Positions 18,735 through 31,849 of a stretch of DNA of 64,000 bases are shown here, piece after piece (positions within the stretch are counted from its first letter, which is position 1; every line of letters starts with the position of its first letter). The stretch lies in assembly GCA_016718155.1 (NCBI GenBank), contig JADKEH010000041.1, positions 16,512-80,511 on the forward strand. The letters run 5' to 3'. Position numbers and translations under genes: made by a program. This DNA comes from Candidatus Rhodoferax randersensis. GTDB taxonomy: Bacteria > Pseudomonadota > Gammaproteobacteria > Burkholderiales > Burkholderiaceae_C. The notes below the pieces were generated by a model. The model saw only the letters and a program-made list of their open reading frames with translations. It was not told where the DNA came from and ran no database searches.

Positions 18735-19595
18735 ATGAATGTTATTGTTGGTTACGTGGTTTCGATGGTGTGCATCTTCGGGGTGTACATTTTCCACGGC
18801 GGTAACATTTCTGTGATCTTGACCGCCCTGCCGTTCGAGCTGATCACGATTCTGGGCGCGGCGCTCGGGGCGTTTGTTGTCAACAACCAGCCCAAGGTCC
18901 TCAAAGCCACCATTGCGCTGGTTCCGCAGGCGCTCAAGGGCTCCAAGTACACCAAGGCCCGCTACATGGAACTGCTGGCCTTGCTCTACGACATCTTGCA
19001 AAAGGCGCGCAAAGAGGGCCTGATGGCGATTGAAAAAGATGTCGAGACGCCGCATGAGTCAGCCGTGTTCCAGAAATACCCCGCTGTCGGTCACGACCAC
19101 CATGTCGTCGAGTTCATGACCGACTACCTGCGCATGATGGTCTCGGGCAACCTCAACGCCCACGAAATCGAATCCTTGATGGACAGCGAAATTGACACCC
19201 ACCACCAGGAGGCGCACGCGCCCGTGGCGGCCATTGCCAGGTTGGCCGGCGGCTTGCCGGCGTTTGGCATTGTGGCTGCCGTGCTGGGTGTGGTGAACAC
19301 CATGGGTTCGGTGGGGCAACCACCGGCGGTGCTGGGCGGCATGATCGCGTCCGCCCTGGTCGGCACTTTTCTGGGTATTTTGCTGGCTTATGCGGTGGTC
19401 GAGCCCCTGGGCGGCCTGTTGGAACAAAAGTCCGAAGACAGCGCCAAGGAGCTGCAATGCATCAAGACAACGCTGTTGGCCAGCATGCAGGGCTACAACC
19501 CGTCCACCGCAATCGAGTTCGGGCGAAAGGTGCTGTTCTCGACCGAGCGTCCGAGCTTTGTGGAGCTTGAGTCCCACGTGCGCGGCAAGAAATAG
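18735..19595 (+). CDS. motA: Flagellar stator protein MotA
   Basis: 286 aa, four TM segments, MotA/TolQ/ExbB channel family, followed by motB. Confidence 0.93.
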   Translation: MNVIVGYVVSMVCIFGVYIFHGGNISVILTALPFELITILGAALGAFVVNNQPKVLKATIALVPQALKGSKYTKARYMELLALLYDILQKARKEGLMAIEKDVETPHESAVFQKYPAVGHDHHVVEFMTDYLRMMVSGNLNAHEIESLMDSEIDTHHQEAHAPVAAIARLAGGLPAFGIVAAVLGVVNTMGSVGQPPAVLGGMIASALVGTFLGILLAYAVVEPLGGLLEQKSEDSAKELQCIKTTLLASMQGYNPSTAIEFGRKVLFSTERPSFVELESHVRGKK

Positions 19596-19612
19596 CAGCT
19601 TGAGTACCTGAC

Positions 19613-20560
19613 ATGGCCACTGACGCCAAGAAGCTGCAGCCGATCATCATCAAGAAGGTCAAGAAGGGCGGCCACGCCGTGCATGGCGGCGCCTGGAAGA
19701 TTGCCTATGCCGACTTCGTGACGGCCATGATGGCCTTCTTTCTGCTGATGTGGCTGCTGGGCTCCACCTCGGAAGGCGACAAGAAGGGCTTGTCGGACTA
19801 CTTCAGCTCGCCCCTCAAAGTGTCCATGCAAGGTGGCAGCGGCGCCGGCGCCAGCAACAGCATCCTGACCGGCGGTGGCGCCGACCTGACACAACAATCC
19901 GGACAGTCCAAGAAGGGCGATGGCAGTGACCCCCTGAAGAAGAAAACGAAGGCAGTCGAGGCCATGCGCGCCGAGGTCGCCAAGCAGGATGCCAAGACCA
20001 TGGCCAAATTGGCTGCAAAGATCAGCGAAGCGATCTCCAACAACGCCAAACTGACCGAGTTCAGTTCGCAAATCCGCATCGAATCTACCCCCGACGGCCT
20101 GCAGATCCAGATCATTGACGACCAACGTCGGCCCATGTTCGACAGCGGCAGTGCACAGGTCAAACCCTACATGCGCGACATTCTGCGCGAGCTGGGCACG
20201 GCGCTGGGCGACATCGACAACAAGATCAGCCTGGACGGCCACACCGACAGCGCACCCTACTCCAGCGGTCAACGCGGTTACAGCAATTGGGAGCTCTCGG
20301 CCGACCGGGCCAATGCGTCGCGGCGCGAACTGGTGGCCGCGGGCATGCCCGAGGACAAGCTGGCGCGCGTGGTGGGGCTGGCATCAAGCGTGCTGTTTGA
20401 CCAAGATAACCCCCTTAGCCCCTCCAATCGCAGAATCAGTATCATTGTCATGACCCGTGAAGCCGAAGAGCGCCTGTTGGGCAAGTCGCGCCAACCGCCC
20501 CCGAAAAGTGGCGAACCCTCCAAGGCTACGCCGTCGTCCAACCCCCAAGGAAAGCCCTGA
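19613..20560 (+). CDS. motB: Flagellar stator protein MotB
   Basis: 315 aa. N-terminal WKIAYADFVTAMMAFFLLMWL (the TM helix with the conserved Asp) and a C-terminal OmpA-like domain (…NWELSADRANASRRELV…NRRISIIV). Confidence 0.92.
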   Translation: MATDAKKLQPIIIKKVKKGGHAVHGGAWKIAYADFVTAMMAFFLLMWLLGSTSEGDKKGLSDYFSSPLKVSMQGGSGAGASNSILTGGGADLTQQSGQSKKGDGSDPLKKKTKAVEAMRAEVAKQDAKTMAKLAAKISEAISNNAKLTEFSSQIRIESTPDGLQIQIIDDQRRPMFDSGSAQVKPYMRDILRELGTALGDIDNKISLDGHTDSAPYSSGQRGYSNWELSADRANASRRELVAAGMPEDKLARVVGLASSVLFDQDNPLSPSNRRISIIVMTREAEERLLGKSRQPPPKSGEPSKATPSSNPQGKP

Positions 20561-20621
20561 GTCAGCATGAATTGGTACATACTAAACTTCAGTACGGCAA
20601 TGCCAAACGAAAGGGTTACTC

Positions 20622-21011
20622 ATGGCTAATGAGCTCAGGTTTTTGGTAGTCGACGATTTCTCCACGATGCGGCGCATCGTGCGCAACCTGCTCAAAGAGA
20701 GTGGCTACGCCGAGTGCGACGAGGCCGAAGATGGCGTGGTGGCACTGCAGAAGCTGCGCAGTAGCAGTTTCGACTTCGTCGTCAGCGACATCAACATGCC
20801 CAATATGAATGGGTTCCAGTTGCTGGCGGAGATCAAGAAGGACGACAAGCTCAAGCACCTTCCGGTGCTGATGGTCACTGCCGAGGCGCGCAAGGAAGAC
20901 ATTGTCATGGCCGCCCAGCAGGGCGCAGCCGGGTACATTGTGAAACCCTTCACCAAGGCCACCCTGGAAGACAAAGTCACCCTGATCCTGACCAAACTGG
21001 GGCTCAAGTGA
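20622..21011 (+). CDS. cheY: Chemotaxis response regulator CheY
   Basis: 129 aa. [20 protein letters not shown]…, phospho-acceptor in [15 protein letters not shown], and …[10 protein letters not shown]…. Confidence 0.94.
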   Translation: MANELRFLVVDDFSTMRRIVRNLLKESGYAECDEAEDGVVALQKLRSSSFDFVVSDINMPNMNGFQLLAEIKKDDKLKHLPVLMVTAEARKEDIVMAAQQGAAGYIVKPFTKATLEDKVTLILTKLGLK

Positions 21012-21667
21012 ACACCATGCCACACACCACCTCCGAGGGCGCGAGCGCCGTTTCGACACCCGATGTGCACCGCATGATCGGCGCGCTGACGCGGCAGTTG
21101 CACGATTCTCTCAACGGCTTGGGCCTGACCGAAAAGGTCAACGCGTGGGCCGACGAAATTCCGGACGCCAAAAGCCGTTTGTCCTACATCGCCCGGCTAA
21201 CTGGCGAAGCGGCCGAAAAGGTGCTCAACCGGGTCGACCTCGCCAAGGCGCAGGACGAGCACATCGCCGCCGAGACACGGCGCATCGGCGCCTTGATCGT
21301 CAAGGATCCCGTAGCTGCCGTGGCCAAGGGCCACGTCATGAATTTTCTCAGCGACGTGGAACGTTCGACCAAGGAGATTGACGAACACCTGACCGAAATC
21401 ATGATGGCCCAGGACTTCCATGACCTGACTGGCCAGGTGATCGCCAAAGTCGTCAACCTGGCTGCCGCGATCGAGGAACAACTGGTCAAGATGCTGGTTC
21501 TGACCGCACCCGCCCATGCGGCCCTGCAGGCCGCGCCCACGACCAGCGCCGAAGAACACCCTCGCCAACCATCCCTGTCGGGCCCGGTGGTCAGCCCTGA
21601 GGGCAATCCGGACGTGGTCAAGGGTCAGTCCGAGGTTGACGACCTTCTGGCCAGCCTGGGCTTCTGA
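21008..21667 (+). CDS. cheZ: CheY-P phosphatase CheZ
   Basis: 219 aa. Catalytic-region motif [18 protein letters not shown] and an acidic C-terminal CheY-binding tail …[12 protein letters not shown]. Start overlaps the cheY stop. Confidence 0.87.
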   Translation: MNTMPHTTSEGASAVSTPDVHRMIGALTRQLHDSLNGLGLTEKVNAWADEIPDAKSRLSYIARLTGEAAEKVLNRVDLAKAQDEHIAAETRRIGALIVKDPVAAVAKGHVMNFLSDVERSTKEIDEHLTEIMMAQDFHDLTGQVIAKVVNLAAAIEEQLVKMLVLTAPAHAALQAAPTTSAEEHPRQPSLSGPVVSPEGNPDVVKGQSEVDDLLASLGF

Positions 21668-21799
21668 TTTCACAAGCCAATTGCCGCATCCAGCGCGGCC
21701 TTGCGACTTTGTTGAAGTGAGCCGGTAAAACCGCGCTTATTGCCCTTTAGTTGGGGCTGCGGCTGATGACAATGGTGGGAACTTACACGCCCCACCACC

Positions 21800-22957
21800 A
21801 TGGATTCCAACAGCCAGGATCGCAATTTACCGGCGTCCGAGCGCAAGCTGCAGAAGGCGCGTGACGACGGCCAGGTCACCCGCTCGCGGGAACTGTCTCA
21901 TCTGGCGGTGCTGGGCGTCGGCGCGTTGGCTTTGATGGGCCTGGCGCCGCTGATGCTAGACCGACTGAAACTGGCGCTGAGCCAGCAACTGTCTTTCGAC
22001 GCGGCCGCCGTCATGCAAACCGACACGCTGCTGCCGCGCCTGCAGTCAATGACCACGACGGGTCTGATCGCCAGCACCGTCTTTGCCGCGATCGTGACCG
22101 CTGCGGCTGTGCTCAGCACCGTGGCCGCTGGCGGCTGGGTCAACAGCCTCAAGCCACTCACACCAGACTTCAGCCGCCTTAACCCCTTGACCGGCTTTGG
22201 TCGGCTGTTCACCAAGGACAAGCTGGCCGAAGTGGTCAAGATGGTCTGCCTGACGGCCATCCTTGGCGCGATCGGAACGATGTACCTGAGCGCCGGACTC
22301 GATGAGGTCGCCCGGCTCTTGCTGCAGCCGTCCACCAGCGCCATACGCCACCTGTCGCAATGGTTGAGCGCAGGCATGGGCCTGATGCTGCTGGTGGTGC
22401 TGCTGGCGGCCATGGTCGATGTGCCCCTGCAGTCCTTCCTGCACAAATCGCGCCTGAAGATGTCGCACCAGGAAGTCAAGCAGGAGCACAAGGAGTCCGA
22501 CGGCAACCCTCAAATGAAAGGCCGGCTGCGCCAGCGCCAGCGCGAGATATCCCAGGGCAACAGCATCAGCGCGGTTCCCAAGGCCGACTTCGTGGTGATG
22601 AATCCCACCCACTTCGCCGTGGCCATCCGTTACGACGACACCACCATGCGCGCGCCCAAGGTCATCTCCAAGGGCGCGGACCTGCTGGCCCTGAAGATTC
22701 GGGATATTGCCAAGGGCCACTCGATCCCGGTGCTGCAGTCGCCGATGCTGGCGCGCGCGCTGTACGCGCACTCCGAGCTGGACCAGGACATCCCGGCCGA
22801 ACTCTTCACCGCCGTGGCGCAGGTGCTGGCCTATGTCTACCGCCTCAAGGCAGCGATGCGCGGCGACGGGCCCATGCCGGCTGAAGTACCCACACCGTAT
22901 GTCCCCCCGGAACTTGACCCGTTGTCCAAGACCCTCCTCGCCGAGAGCACCCCATGA
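21800..22957 (+). CDS. flhB: Flagellar export gate / substrate-specificity switch protein FlhB
   Basis: 385 aa. N-terminal …SERKLQKARDDGQVTRSRE… and the NPTH autocleavage motif (VVMNPTHFAVAIRY). Confidence 0.94.
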   Translation: MDSNSQDRNLPASERKLQKARDDGQVTRSRELSHLAVLGVGALALMGLAPLMLDRLKLALSQQLSFDAAAVMQTDTLLPRLQSMTTTGLIASTVFAAIVTAAAVLSTVAAGGWVNSLKPLTPDFSRLNPLTGFGRLFTKDKLAEVVKMVCLTAILGAIGTMYLSAGLDEVARLLLQPSTSAIRHLSQWLSAGMGLMLLVVLLAAMVDVPLQSFLHKSRLKMSHQEVKQEHKESDGNPQMKGRLRQRQREISQGNSISAVPKADFVVMNPTHFAVAIRYDDTTMRAPKVISKGADLLALKIRDIAKGHSIPVLQSPMLARALYAHSELDQDIPAELFTAVAQVLAYVYRLKAAMRGDGPMPAEVPTPYVPPELDPLSKTLLAESTP

Positions 22958-25035
22958 ACCCCTTTGTGAAAAACGTGCAGCAATGGGTGGGCGGCAATGC
23001 CAGCTTGCTCAAGGGCGCCGCTGCACCGCTGCTGGTGGTGGCGATCCTGGCCATGATGGTGCTGCCGATGCCGCCCTGGATGCTGGACATCTTCTTCACC
23101 ATCAACATCGCGATGGCGCTGATGGTGATGATGGTGGCGGCCTACATGCTGCGTCCGCTGGACTTTGCCGCCTTCCCGGCGGTCTTGCTGCTCACCACCT
23201 TGATGCGCCTGTCGCTCAACGTCGCCTCCACCCGGGTCGTGCTGCTCGAAGGCCATACCGGACCAGGCGCGGCCGGCGCGGTGATCGAGGCCTTTGGCCA
23301 CTTCCTGATCGGCGGAAACTTTGCCGTCGGCCTGATCGTGTTCTCGATCCTGGTGGTGATCAACTTCGTCGTGGTGACCAAAGGCGCCGAGCGCATCGCC
23401 GAGGTGTCGGCACGTTTTGCCCTGGATGCCATGCCTGGCAAGCAGATGGCGGTGGACGCCGATCTGAATGCTGGCCTGATCGACGAAAAGGAAGCCAAGC
23501 GCCGCCGCGCCGAGGTATCGGAAGAAGCCGACTTCTTCGGCTCCATGGACGGCGCCTCCAAGTTCGTGCGCGGCGATGCGGTGGCGGGCATCCTGATCTT
23601 GCTGATCAACATCTTCGGCGGCTTTGCCATCGGCATGCTGCAGCACGGCCTGAGCGCCTCGCAGGCCGCCGACAGCTACATCCTGCTGGCGGTCGGTGAT
23701 GCGCTGGTGGCACAGATCCCGGGCCTGCTGATCTCGGTGGCCGCGGCGATGGTGGTCTCGCGGGTGGGCAAAGACCACGATCTGGGTCGCCAGATCGCGC
23801 AACAGATGTTTGTCTCGCCGCGAGCATTTGGCATCACGGCCACCATCATGGGCATTCTGGGCATCATCCCGGGCATGCCACACCTGGTGTTCCTGGGCAT
23901 CGCTGCGGCGCTGGGTTATGCGGCGTGGGTGCTCTCGCATCAACCGCCACCGGTCGATCCCAACACCCTGGCGCCGCCGCCAGCGCCGGACGGCGAGGCC
24001 ACCTGGGACGACCTGCAGCCGGTCGATCAACTCGGCCTGGAGTTGGGCTACCGGCTGATCGCGCTGGTGGACAAGAACCGCCAGGGCGACCTGCTCACCC
24101 GCATCAAGGGCGTGCGCAGAAAGTTTGCTCAAGAGGTGGGTTTCCTGCCACCGGCGGTGCATGTGCGCGACAACCTGGAACTGCGCCCCAGCGGCTACCG
24201 CATCACGCTGCGCGGTGTGATCGTGGGAGAAGGCGAGGCCTTTCCCGGCATGCACCTGGCCATCAACCCCGGCGGCATCACCTCACCGCTGATTGGCACC
24301 GCCACCACCGACCCCGCGTTTGGCCTGCCCGCGCATTGGATCGACGACCGGCAGAAGGAAGCAGCACAAATGGCCGGCTATACGGTGGTTGATTCCGAGA
24401 CTGTGATGGCGACCCATTTGTCACACTTGATGCAGGTGCATGCCTCCAAACTTCTCAGCCGCACCGAGACTCAACAACTGGTGGAACACGTGAGCAAGCT
24501 GGCCCCAAAACTGATCGACGAAGTGGTCCCCAAACTGGTTCCCATCGCCGTGTTCCAGAAGGTACTGCAGTTGCTGCTGGACGAGTCGGTCCACATTCGG
24601 GACATCCGCACCATCATCGAATCGCTGGCCGAACATGCCGCAGCCACCACCGACCCGGCCGAGCTGGCCCGGCGCGTGCGTGTGGCGCTGTCGCCGGCCA
24701 TCGTTCAACAGATCTACGGCTCGACACGCGAGCTCAACGTCATCGCCATCGACCCCGCGCTGGAGCGCTTGCTGGTGCAGGCCCTGGGCAGCGCCATGGG
24801 ACCGGCGCTGGACCCCGGCGTGGCCGACATGCTGACCCGCACCGCGGCCTCGGTCGCGCTCAAACAAGAAGAAGTCGGGATCCCCGCCTGCCTGCTGGTG
24901 CCCGACCAGATTCGCAGCGCCATCGCGCGCTTGCTGCGCCGCGTGGCACCGCGTCTGCAAGTACTGGCGCACAGCGAAATTCCTGAAACCCACACCATCC
25001 GTATCGGTCCGATCCTCCGAGGAGCCCCATCATGA
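22954..25035 (+). CDS. flhA: Flagellar export gate protein FlhA
   Basis: 693 aa. TM domain containing …FLIGGNFAVGLIVFSILVVINFVVVTKGAERIAEVSARFALDAMPGKQMAVDADL…, then the cytoplasmic FlhA_C domain. Confidence 0.96.
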   Translation: MNPFVKNVQQWVGGNASLLKGAAAPLLVVAILAMMVLPMPPWMLDIFFTINIAMALMVMMVAAYMLRPLDFAAFPAVLLLTTLMRLSLNVASTRVVLLEGHTGPGAAGAVIEAFGHFLIGGNFAVGLIVFSILVVINFVVVTKGAERIAEVSARFALDAMPGKQMAVDADLNAGLIDEKEAKRRRAEVSEEADFFGSMDGASKFVRGDAVAGILILLINIFGGFAIGMLQHGLSASQAADSYILLAVGDALVAQIPGLLISVAAAMVVSRVGKDHDLGRQIAQQMFVSPRAFGITATIMGILGIIPGMPHLVFLGIAAALGYAAWVLSHQPPPVDPNTLAPPPAPDGEATWDDLQPVDQLGLELGYRLIALVDKNRQGDLLTRIKGVRRKFAQEVGFLPPAVHVRDNLELRPSGYRITLRGVIVGEGEAFPGMHLAINPGGITSPLIGTATTDPAFGLPAHWIDDRQKEAAQMAGYTVVDSETVMATHLSHLMQVHASKLLSRTETQQLVEHVSKLAPKLIDEVVPKLVPIAVFQKVLQLLLDESVHIRDIRTIIESLAEHAAATTDPAELARRVRVALSPAIVQQIYGSTRELNVIAIDPALERLLVQALGSAMGPALDPGVADMLTRTAASVALKQEEVGIPACLLVPDQIRSAIARLLRRVAPRLQVLAHSEIPETHTIRIGPILRGAPS

Positions 25036-26492
25036 ACATCCAGCGCTTTAACGCTCCCACCGCCCGCGACGCATTGGCCAAGGCCCGAATGGCCTTTGGC
25101 GACGGGACCTTGATTCTTTCCAACCGCCCCACCGCCACGGGCGTCGAAGTGGTGGCCACCGCCGAGGACAGCCTGGCCGCACTGGACCAGGCGGATTCCT
25201 TCACCAAGCGCGCCAAGGATCAGGACTCGGTGCGCCCAGCGCCCGCGCCACGCCGGGCCAATCCAAAGAACCAGGTGGAAGACGACGTGGCCGAACTGGC
25301 CATGAGCACGCTGTCGTTTCAGGACTATGTGCGCGAGCGCATGTTGCGCCGCCGCCAGGAGGCAGTGGCAGGCAAGACCGCTGCCCCGGTTGTGGCCCCC
25401 GTTGCGGCGCCGGAACCGGCGCAGCCCATCACCGTCGCCAGTGCGCCCGCAGCGCCACGCCGCCTGCAGCTTGAGACACCCGCCAAACCCAAGGCCAGCG
25501 CCCCCGAGCGGACATCTCCCATGGCCGCCAGCGCCCCAGCGCTGTCGCAAGGCATCGTGGACGAGTTGCGCAACATGAAGGCCCTGATCGAGGAGCGCTT
25601 TGACACGCTGAGCTGGCTGGGCCAGGCACGCCAGCACCCAATTCAGTCGAACCTGATGCTCAAACTCATCCGCGCTGGCTACTCGCCCATGCTGGCGCGC
25701 GCCATCCTGGAAAAGATGCCCGAGGAAACGGGCGCGGCGGAGGCGGTGCACTGGGTCATGGACGTGCTGCAGCGCAACCTCAAGACCGATGCCGGCGGTG
25801 CCGCCATCCACCAAGAGGGCGGCATCTACGCCCTGGTTGGTGCCACGGGCGTTGGCAAGACCACCACCGCCGCCAAACTGGCCGGCCTGTGCGCGCGCAC
25901 GCATGGGCCCAGCAGCGTGGGCCTGATCACGCTGGACACCTACCGGGTTGGCGCGCACGAGCAATTGCGCACCTACGGCCGAATGATGGGTGTCGTGGCG
26001 CACCTGGCGCACGACCGTGCCGCCCTGCAAGACTTGTTGAACCTGCTTGCGGCCAAAAAAATGGTGCTGATCGACACCACCGGCTTGGCGCCGCACGATC
26101 CGCGCAAGCGCGACATGCTCGACGTGCTGGACCTGCCCAAGGTCAATCGCCTGCAGGTTCTCAATGCGGGCGGCCACGGCGACACGCTGGAAGACGTGGT
26201 GTCGTCCTTCAAATCCAAAGGTGTGCAGCAAGCAGTGCTGTCCAAGATCGATGAAGCGGCCAAACTAGGCCCGGTGCTGGACGCCGCCATTCGCCACCAA
26301 CTGGTGCTGCGCGGCGTCACCACCGGGCAGCGTGTCCCCGAGGACTGGGAGGCTGCCGACGCCAGCAAGCTGGTGCGCATGTCGATGCGATCACCAGCCA
26401 GGTCGGCCTTCGATCCGACCATGGCCGACATGGGATTCTTCTTTGCACAGTCCAGCGCTGGCGCCCACCACGGAGGGCACCTCGATGCTTGA
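25032..26492 (+). CDS. flhF: Flagellar biosynthesis SRP-type GTPase FlhF
   Basis: 486 aa. G1 LVGATGVGKTTTAAKLA, G3 LIDTTG, …SKIDEA… motif. Lies downstream of flhA. Confidence 0.9.
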   Translation: MNIQRFNAPTARDALAKARMAFGDGTLILSNRPTATGVEVVATAEDSLAALDQADSFTKRAKDQDSVRPAPAPRRANPKNQVEDDVAELAMSTLSFQDYVRERMLRRRQEAVAGKTAAPVVAPVAAPEPAQPITVASAPAAPRRLQLETPAKPKASAPERTSPMAASAPALSQGIVDELRNMKALIEERFDTLSWLGQARQHPIQSNLMLKLIRAGYSPMLARAILEKMPEETGAAEAVHWVMDVLQRNLKTDAGGAAIHQEGGIYALVGATGVGKTTTAAKLAGLCARTHGPSSVGLITLDTYRVGAHEQLRTYGRMMGVVAHLAHDRAALQDLLNLLAAKKMVLIDTTGLAPHDPRKRDMLDVLDLPKVNRLQVLNAGGHGDTLEDVVSSFKSKGVQQAVLSKIDEAAKLGPVLDAAIRHQLVLRGVTTGQRVPEDWEAADASKLVRMSMRSPARSAFDPTMADMGFFFAQSSAGAHHGGHLDA

Positions 26493-27279
26493 AGCCTGCG
26501 CCAACCAGGCCATCGGCTTGCAGGCGATGGCGTTGCAAGCGTCGCCCCGCATGCTGGCGCTGGCCAGTCACGGCGACCAGGCCAGCGAACTGCCCTTGCT
26601 TTGGAGTCTATGCGCCACGCTGGCCGATCTTGGTTACTCGGTGCTGGTGCTGGACGCCACCCACAGCGAGTCGGCGCAGAGTCCGGGCCTGGAGCAACTG
26701 ATCGATGGCGCCAGTGCCGACCGCGGCGCCTTGGACCCGCTGGTGCCCTGGACCATCCTGCCAGCGGCCAACGGCCTCAAGCGCCTGTGCCAGGCCTCGG
26801 CCACGGGTCAACCCACGCTGCGCGACCTGACCGGTTTGTCACAGAGCTGCAGTGTCGTGATCCTGTACGCCAGCGCGTCGACACTGGTCTCCCTGCTGCC
26901 ACACAGCGGCGTGACGCCCTTGCTGGCGGTGGCGGGCGGAAAAAAGGCGCTGGTGTCGGCCTACCAGGCACTCAAGCTGCTGTTGCTTAATGGCGGGCTT
27001 CGGCCTAGTATTGCCTGCATGCTTGAGTCAATCGAAAGTGAACGCATGGAGTCGGACTTGGCATTGAACCGCAACCTGCAAGACTGCGCAATGACCTTCC
27101 TGGGCTACCAACTGGAGTCGGTCAGCCTGGGCGACGATCTGACGGACGAATCAAGTGCCACCACCCTGCGGGCCTTGGCGCTGCGCCTGGTCGAAAGCGG
27201 CTTGCCCCTGGAGCAATTTGACCGCGCCACGCCATGGGTCAAACAACCTTCCACCGCGTACCAGGGGGGGAGTCACTGA
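26485..27279 (+). CDS. FlhG/FleN (MinD/ParA)-like protein with degenerate nucleotide-binding motifs
   Basis: 264 aa from an ATG that overlaps the flhF stop by 8 nt; its stop overlaps the fliA ATG (TGATG). Collinear with FleN/FlhG (…LADLGYSVLVLDAT…, …ILPAANGL…, …LLAVAGGKKALVSAYQALKLLL…). The deviant Walker A position reads ASHGDQASE instead of GKGGVGKT. Confidence 0.65.
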   Translation: MLEACANQAIGLQAMALQASPRMLALASHGDQASELPLLWSLCATLADLGYSVLVLDATHSESAQSPGLEQLIDGASADRGALDPLVPWTILPAANGLKRLCQASATGQPTLRDLTGLSQSCSVVILYASASTLVSLLPHSGVTPLLAVAGGKKALVSAYQALKLLLLNGGLRPSIACMLESIESERMESDLALNRNLQDCAMTFLGYQLESVSLGDDLTDESSATTLRALALRLVESGLPLEQFDRATPWVKQPSTAYQGGSH

Positions 27280-27995
27280 TGTACACCGCCAAAGGCCAGC
27301 TCGACCGCAACGCCCTGATCCGGCAATACCAGCCGCTGGTGCGTCGCCTGGCACACCACATGATGGCGAAGCTTCCCGCCAGTGTGCAGGTGGACGACCT
27401 GATCCAGGTCGGCCTGATTGGCCTGTCCGAGGCGCTGACCCGCTACGAGGCTGCACAGGGCGTGCAGTTCGAGACCTTTGCCACCCAGCGCATCCGCGGC
27501 GCGATGATTGACGAGTTGCGCGAGAACGACTGGATGTCGCGCGGCTCCCGCAAGAGCCAGAAGGAAATCGAGCAGGCCATGCGCAGGCTCGAACACGAAT
27601 TGGGACGCAGCCCGATCGAGTCGGAAATAGCAGCCGAGCTGAACATGACGCTCGCCGAATACCAGACCCTGCTGGGCAAGGTCCAAGGCACGCAACTGGT
27701 GTACCTGGAGGACATGTCCCGTGGCAACGACGACGAGGACAATTTTCTGGATCGCCACGTCGCCGACAGCGAGGCCGACCCGCTCAACATGCTGCGCGAC
27801 CAGCGGCTGCGCCAGGCCCTGGTCACCGCCATCAAGGCGCTGCCCGAGCGCGAGCAACTCATCATGAGCATGTACTACGAGCAGGACATGAACCTCAAGG
27901 AGATTGCGGCGGTGATGAACGTCACCGAGTCACGCATCTGCCAGCTTCACAGCCAGTCGATTGCGCGGCTGCGGGCGAAAATGCGCTCGCACTGA
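27279..27995 (+). CDS. fliA: Flagellar sigma factor FliA (sigma-28)
   Basis: 238 aa. Region 2 (…VDDLIQVGLIGLSEALTRYE…FETFATQRIRGAMIDELR) and region 4 (…LKEIAAVMNVTESRICQLHSQSIARLR). Confidence 0.93.
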   Translation: MYTAKGQLDRNALIRQYQPLVRRLAHHMMAKLPASVQVDDLIQVGLIGLSEALTRYEAAQGVQFETFATQRIRGAMIDELRENDWMSRGSRKSQKEIEQAMRRLEHELGRSPIESEIAAELNMTLAEYQTLLGKVQGTQLVYLEDMSRGNDDEDNFLDRHVADSEADPLNMLRDQRLRQALVTAIKALPEREQLIMSMYYEQDMNLKEIAAVMNVTESRICQLHSQSIARLRAKMRSH

Positions 27996-28005
27996 GCCGC
28001 ACGCG

Positions 28006-29675
<1,670 letters not shown>

Positions 29676-29719
29676 ACATAACACCAGTTGCGCCGGCAGG
29701 AACACAGAACGAGAGCCCA

Positions 29720-30691
29720 TCACCTCTCGTATGCCACCAATCTCTTCTGCTCATCGACCGTGAACTGGCTGGTGCGCAAGGCCGCAAGCGCCGCCAAGCG
29801 AACCTGCTCCGGCTCCCGCACGTTGGCGCGCCCCAGCCGATCCCTCTCAGCCAGATAGGTCTGGATGCGCACCTTCCAGGCCGCTTCATCGCGGTCCACC
29901 TCGGCCAGACGCGCCGCGGCCTGCGGGTCAAACGCGGCCGCGCGTGCACGGTAGACGTCGTCATCACTGGCGCCGTTCTGGCGCAATTGGGCAGTGGTCT
30001 CTTCGAGGCGAACCACGGCCATTGGCGCGTCGTGGGCGTCGCGCAATTCGGCGGAGCGGGCCACGTCCAGCGCACCCAGCGCCTGCTGCTTCTGCAGTTC
30101 AGTCAGCGTGTTGTCCTGGCTAATTTCCAGGCGACTGATGGCGTCGAGGTCGTAGGCGTCATCAAAACCGAACATGCCCTGGACTTCCCGCTCATCAAAG
30201 TACTGGGCGCGCAATTGCTGCATGCCCACCAGGCGGGCACGCAGGGCCGCCACACCATTGCCAGCCAACTCGGGGCGCCGTTCCAGATCAACCAGCGCGG
30301 TCTTGAAGGCCAGGTACAGCCCGAGCAGTCGCTTGGCGTGGGTCGCGGCGGCAGTCGGCAGCCGCCGGTCCAGTTCTGCCTCAGCCTCGGCGCGAATCGC
30401 CTCGATGCTCTTCTCGCCGACGGCGCTGAGGTGGTAGTCGAAGAATCTTCTGAGCTCGACGTCCACCACCAGAGCGCTGCCTGACGCGGCGCTGTCGCCC
30501 AGCACACGAATCTGGCCGTCTGGCGCCGTGCCCTGCATCGACCGCGACGTGGCCGGGCCCCTGTCCAGGCTCGCGGCGCCGCCAATCACCGGAGGTGCGC
30601 TCTGCCCTGGCCAGAGCGCCACAAGGGCGGTGACCCCGATCAGAACCACCGCCACCAACGCCCAGCCCTTGGGCTTGAAAAGCATGTCCAA
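29720..30691 (-). CDS. Lipase-specific chaperone (Lif foldase)
   Basis: 323 aa with an N-terminal TM anchor (WALVAVVLIGVTALVALW), then …RRFFDYHLSAVGEKSIEAIRAEAEAELDRRLP… typical of lipase chaperones. Lies 7 nt downstream of the lipase gene. Confidence 0.82.
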   Translation of the reverse strand: MDMLFKPKGWALVAVVLIGVTALVALWPGQSAPPVIGGAASLDRGPATSRSMQGTAPDGQIRVLGDSAASGSALVVDVELRRFFDYHLSAVGEKSIEAIRAEAEAELDRRLPTAAATHAKRLLGLYLAFKTALVDLERRPELAGNGVAALRARLVGMQQLRAQYFDEREVQGMFGFDDAYDLDAISRLEISQDNTLTELQKQQALGALDVARSAELRDAHDAPMAVVRLEETTAQLRQNGASDDDVYRARAAAFDPQAAARLAEVDRDEAAWKVRIQTYLAERDRLGRANVREPEQVRLAALAALRTSQFTVDEQKRLVAYER

Positions 30692-30697
30692 GTCTGC

Positions 30698-31798
<1,101 letters not shown>

Positions 31799-31849
31799 TC
31801 ATAATTTTTCCCTAGACCGATGTCACGATGGAAAACCCGAGCGGGTAAA

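Noticed and set aside
22837-26231. Two long reverse-strand ORFs (22837-24255, 472 aa; 24714-26231, 505 aa).
   Set aside because: They are antisense shadows of flhA and flhF. Their Arg/His/Gly/Gln-rich composition is typical of mirror frames, and the sense genes are unambiguous.
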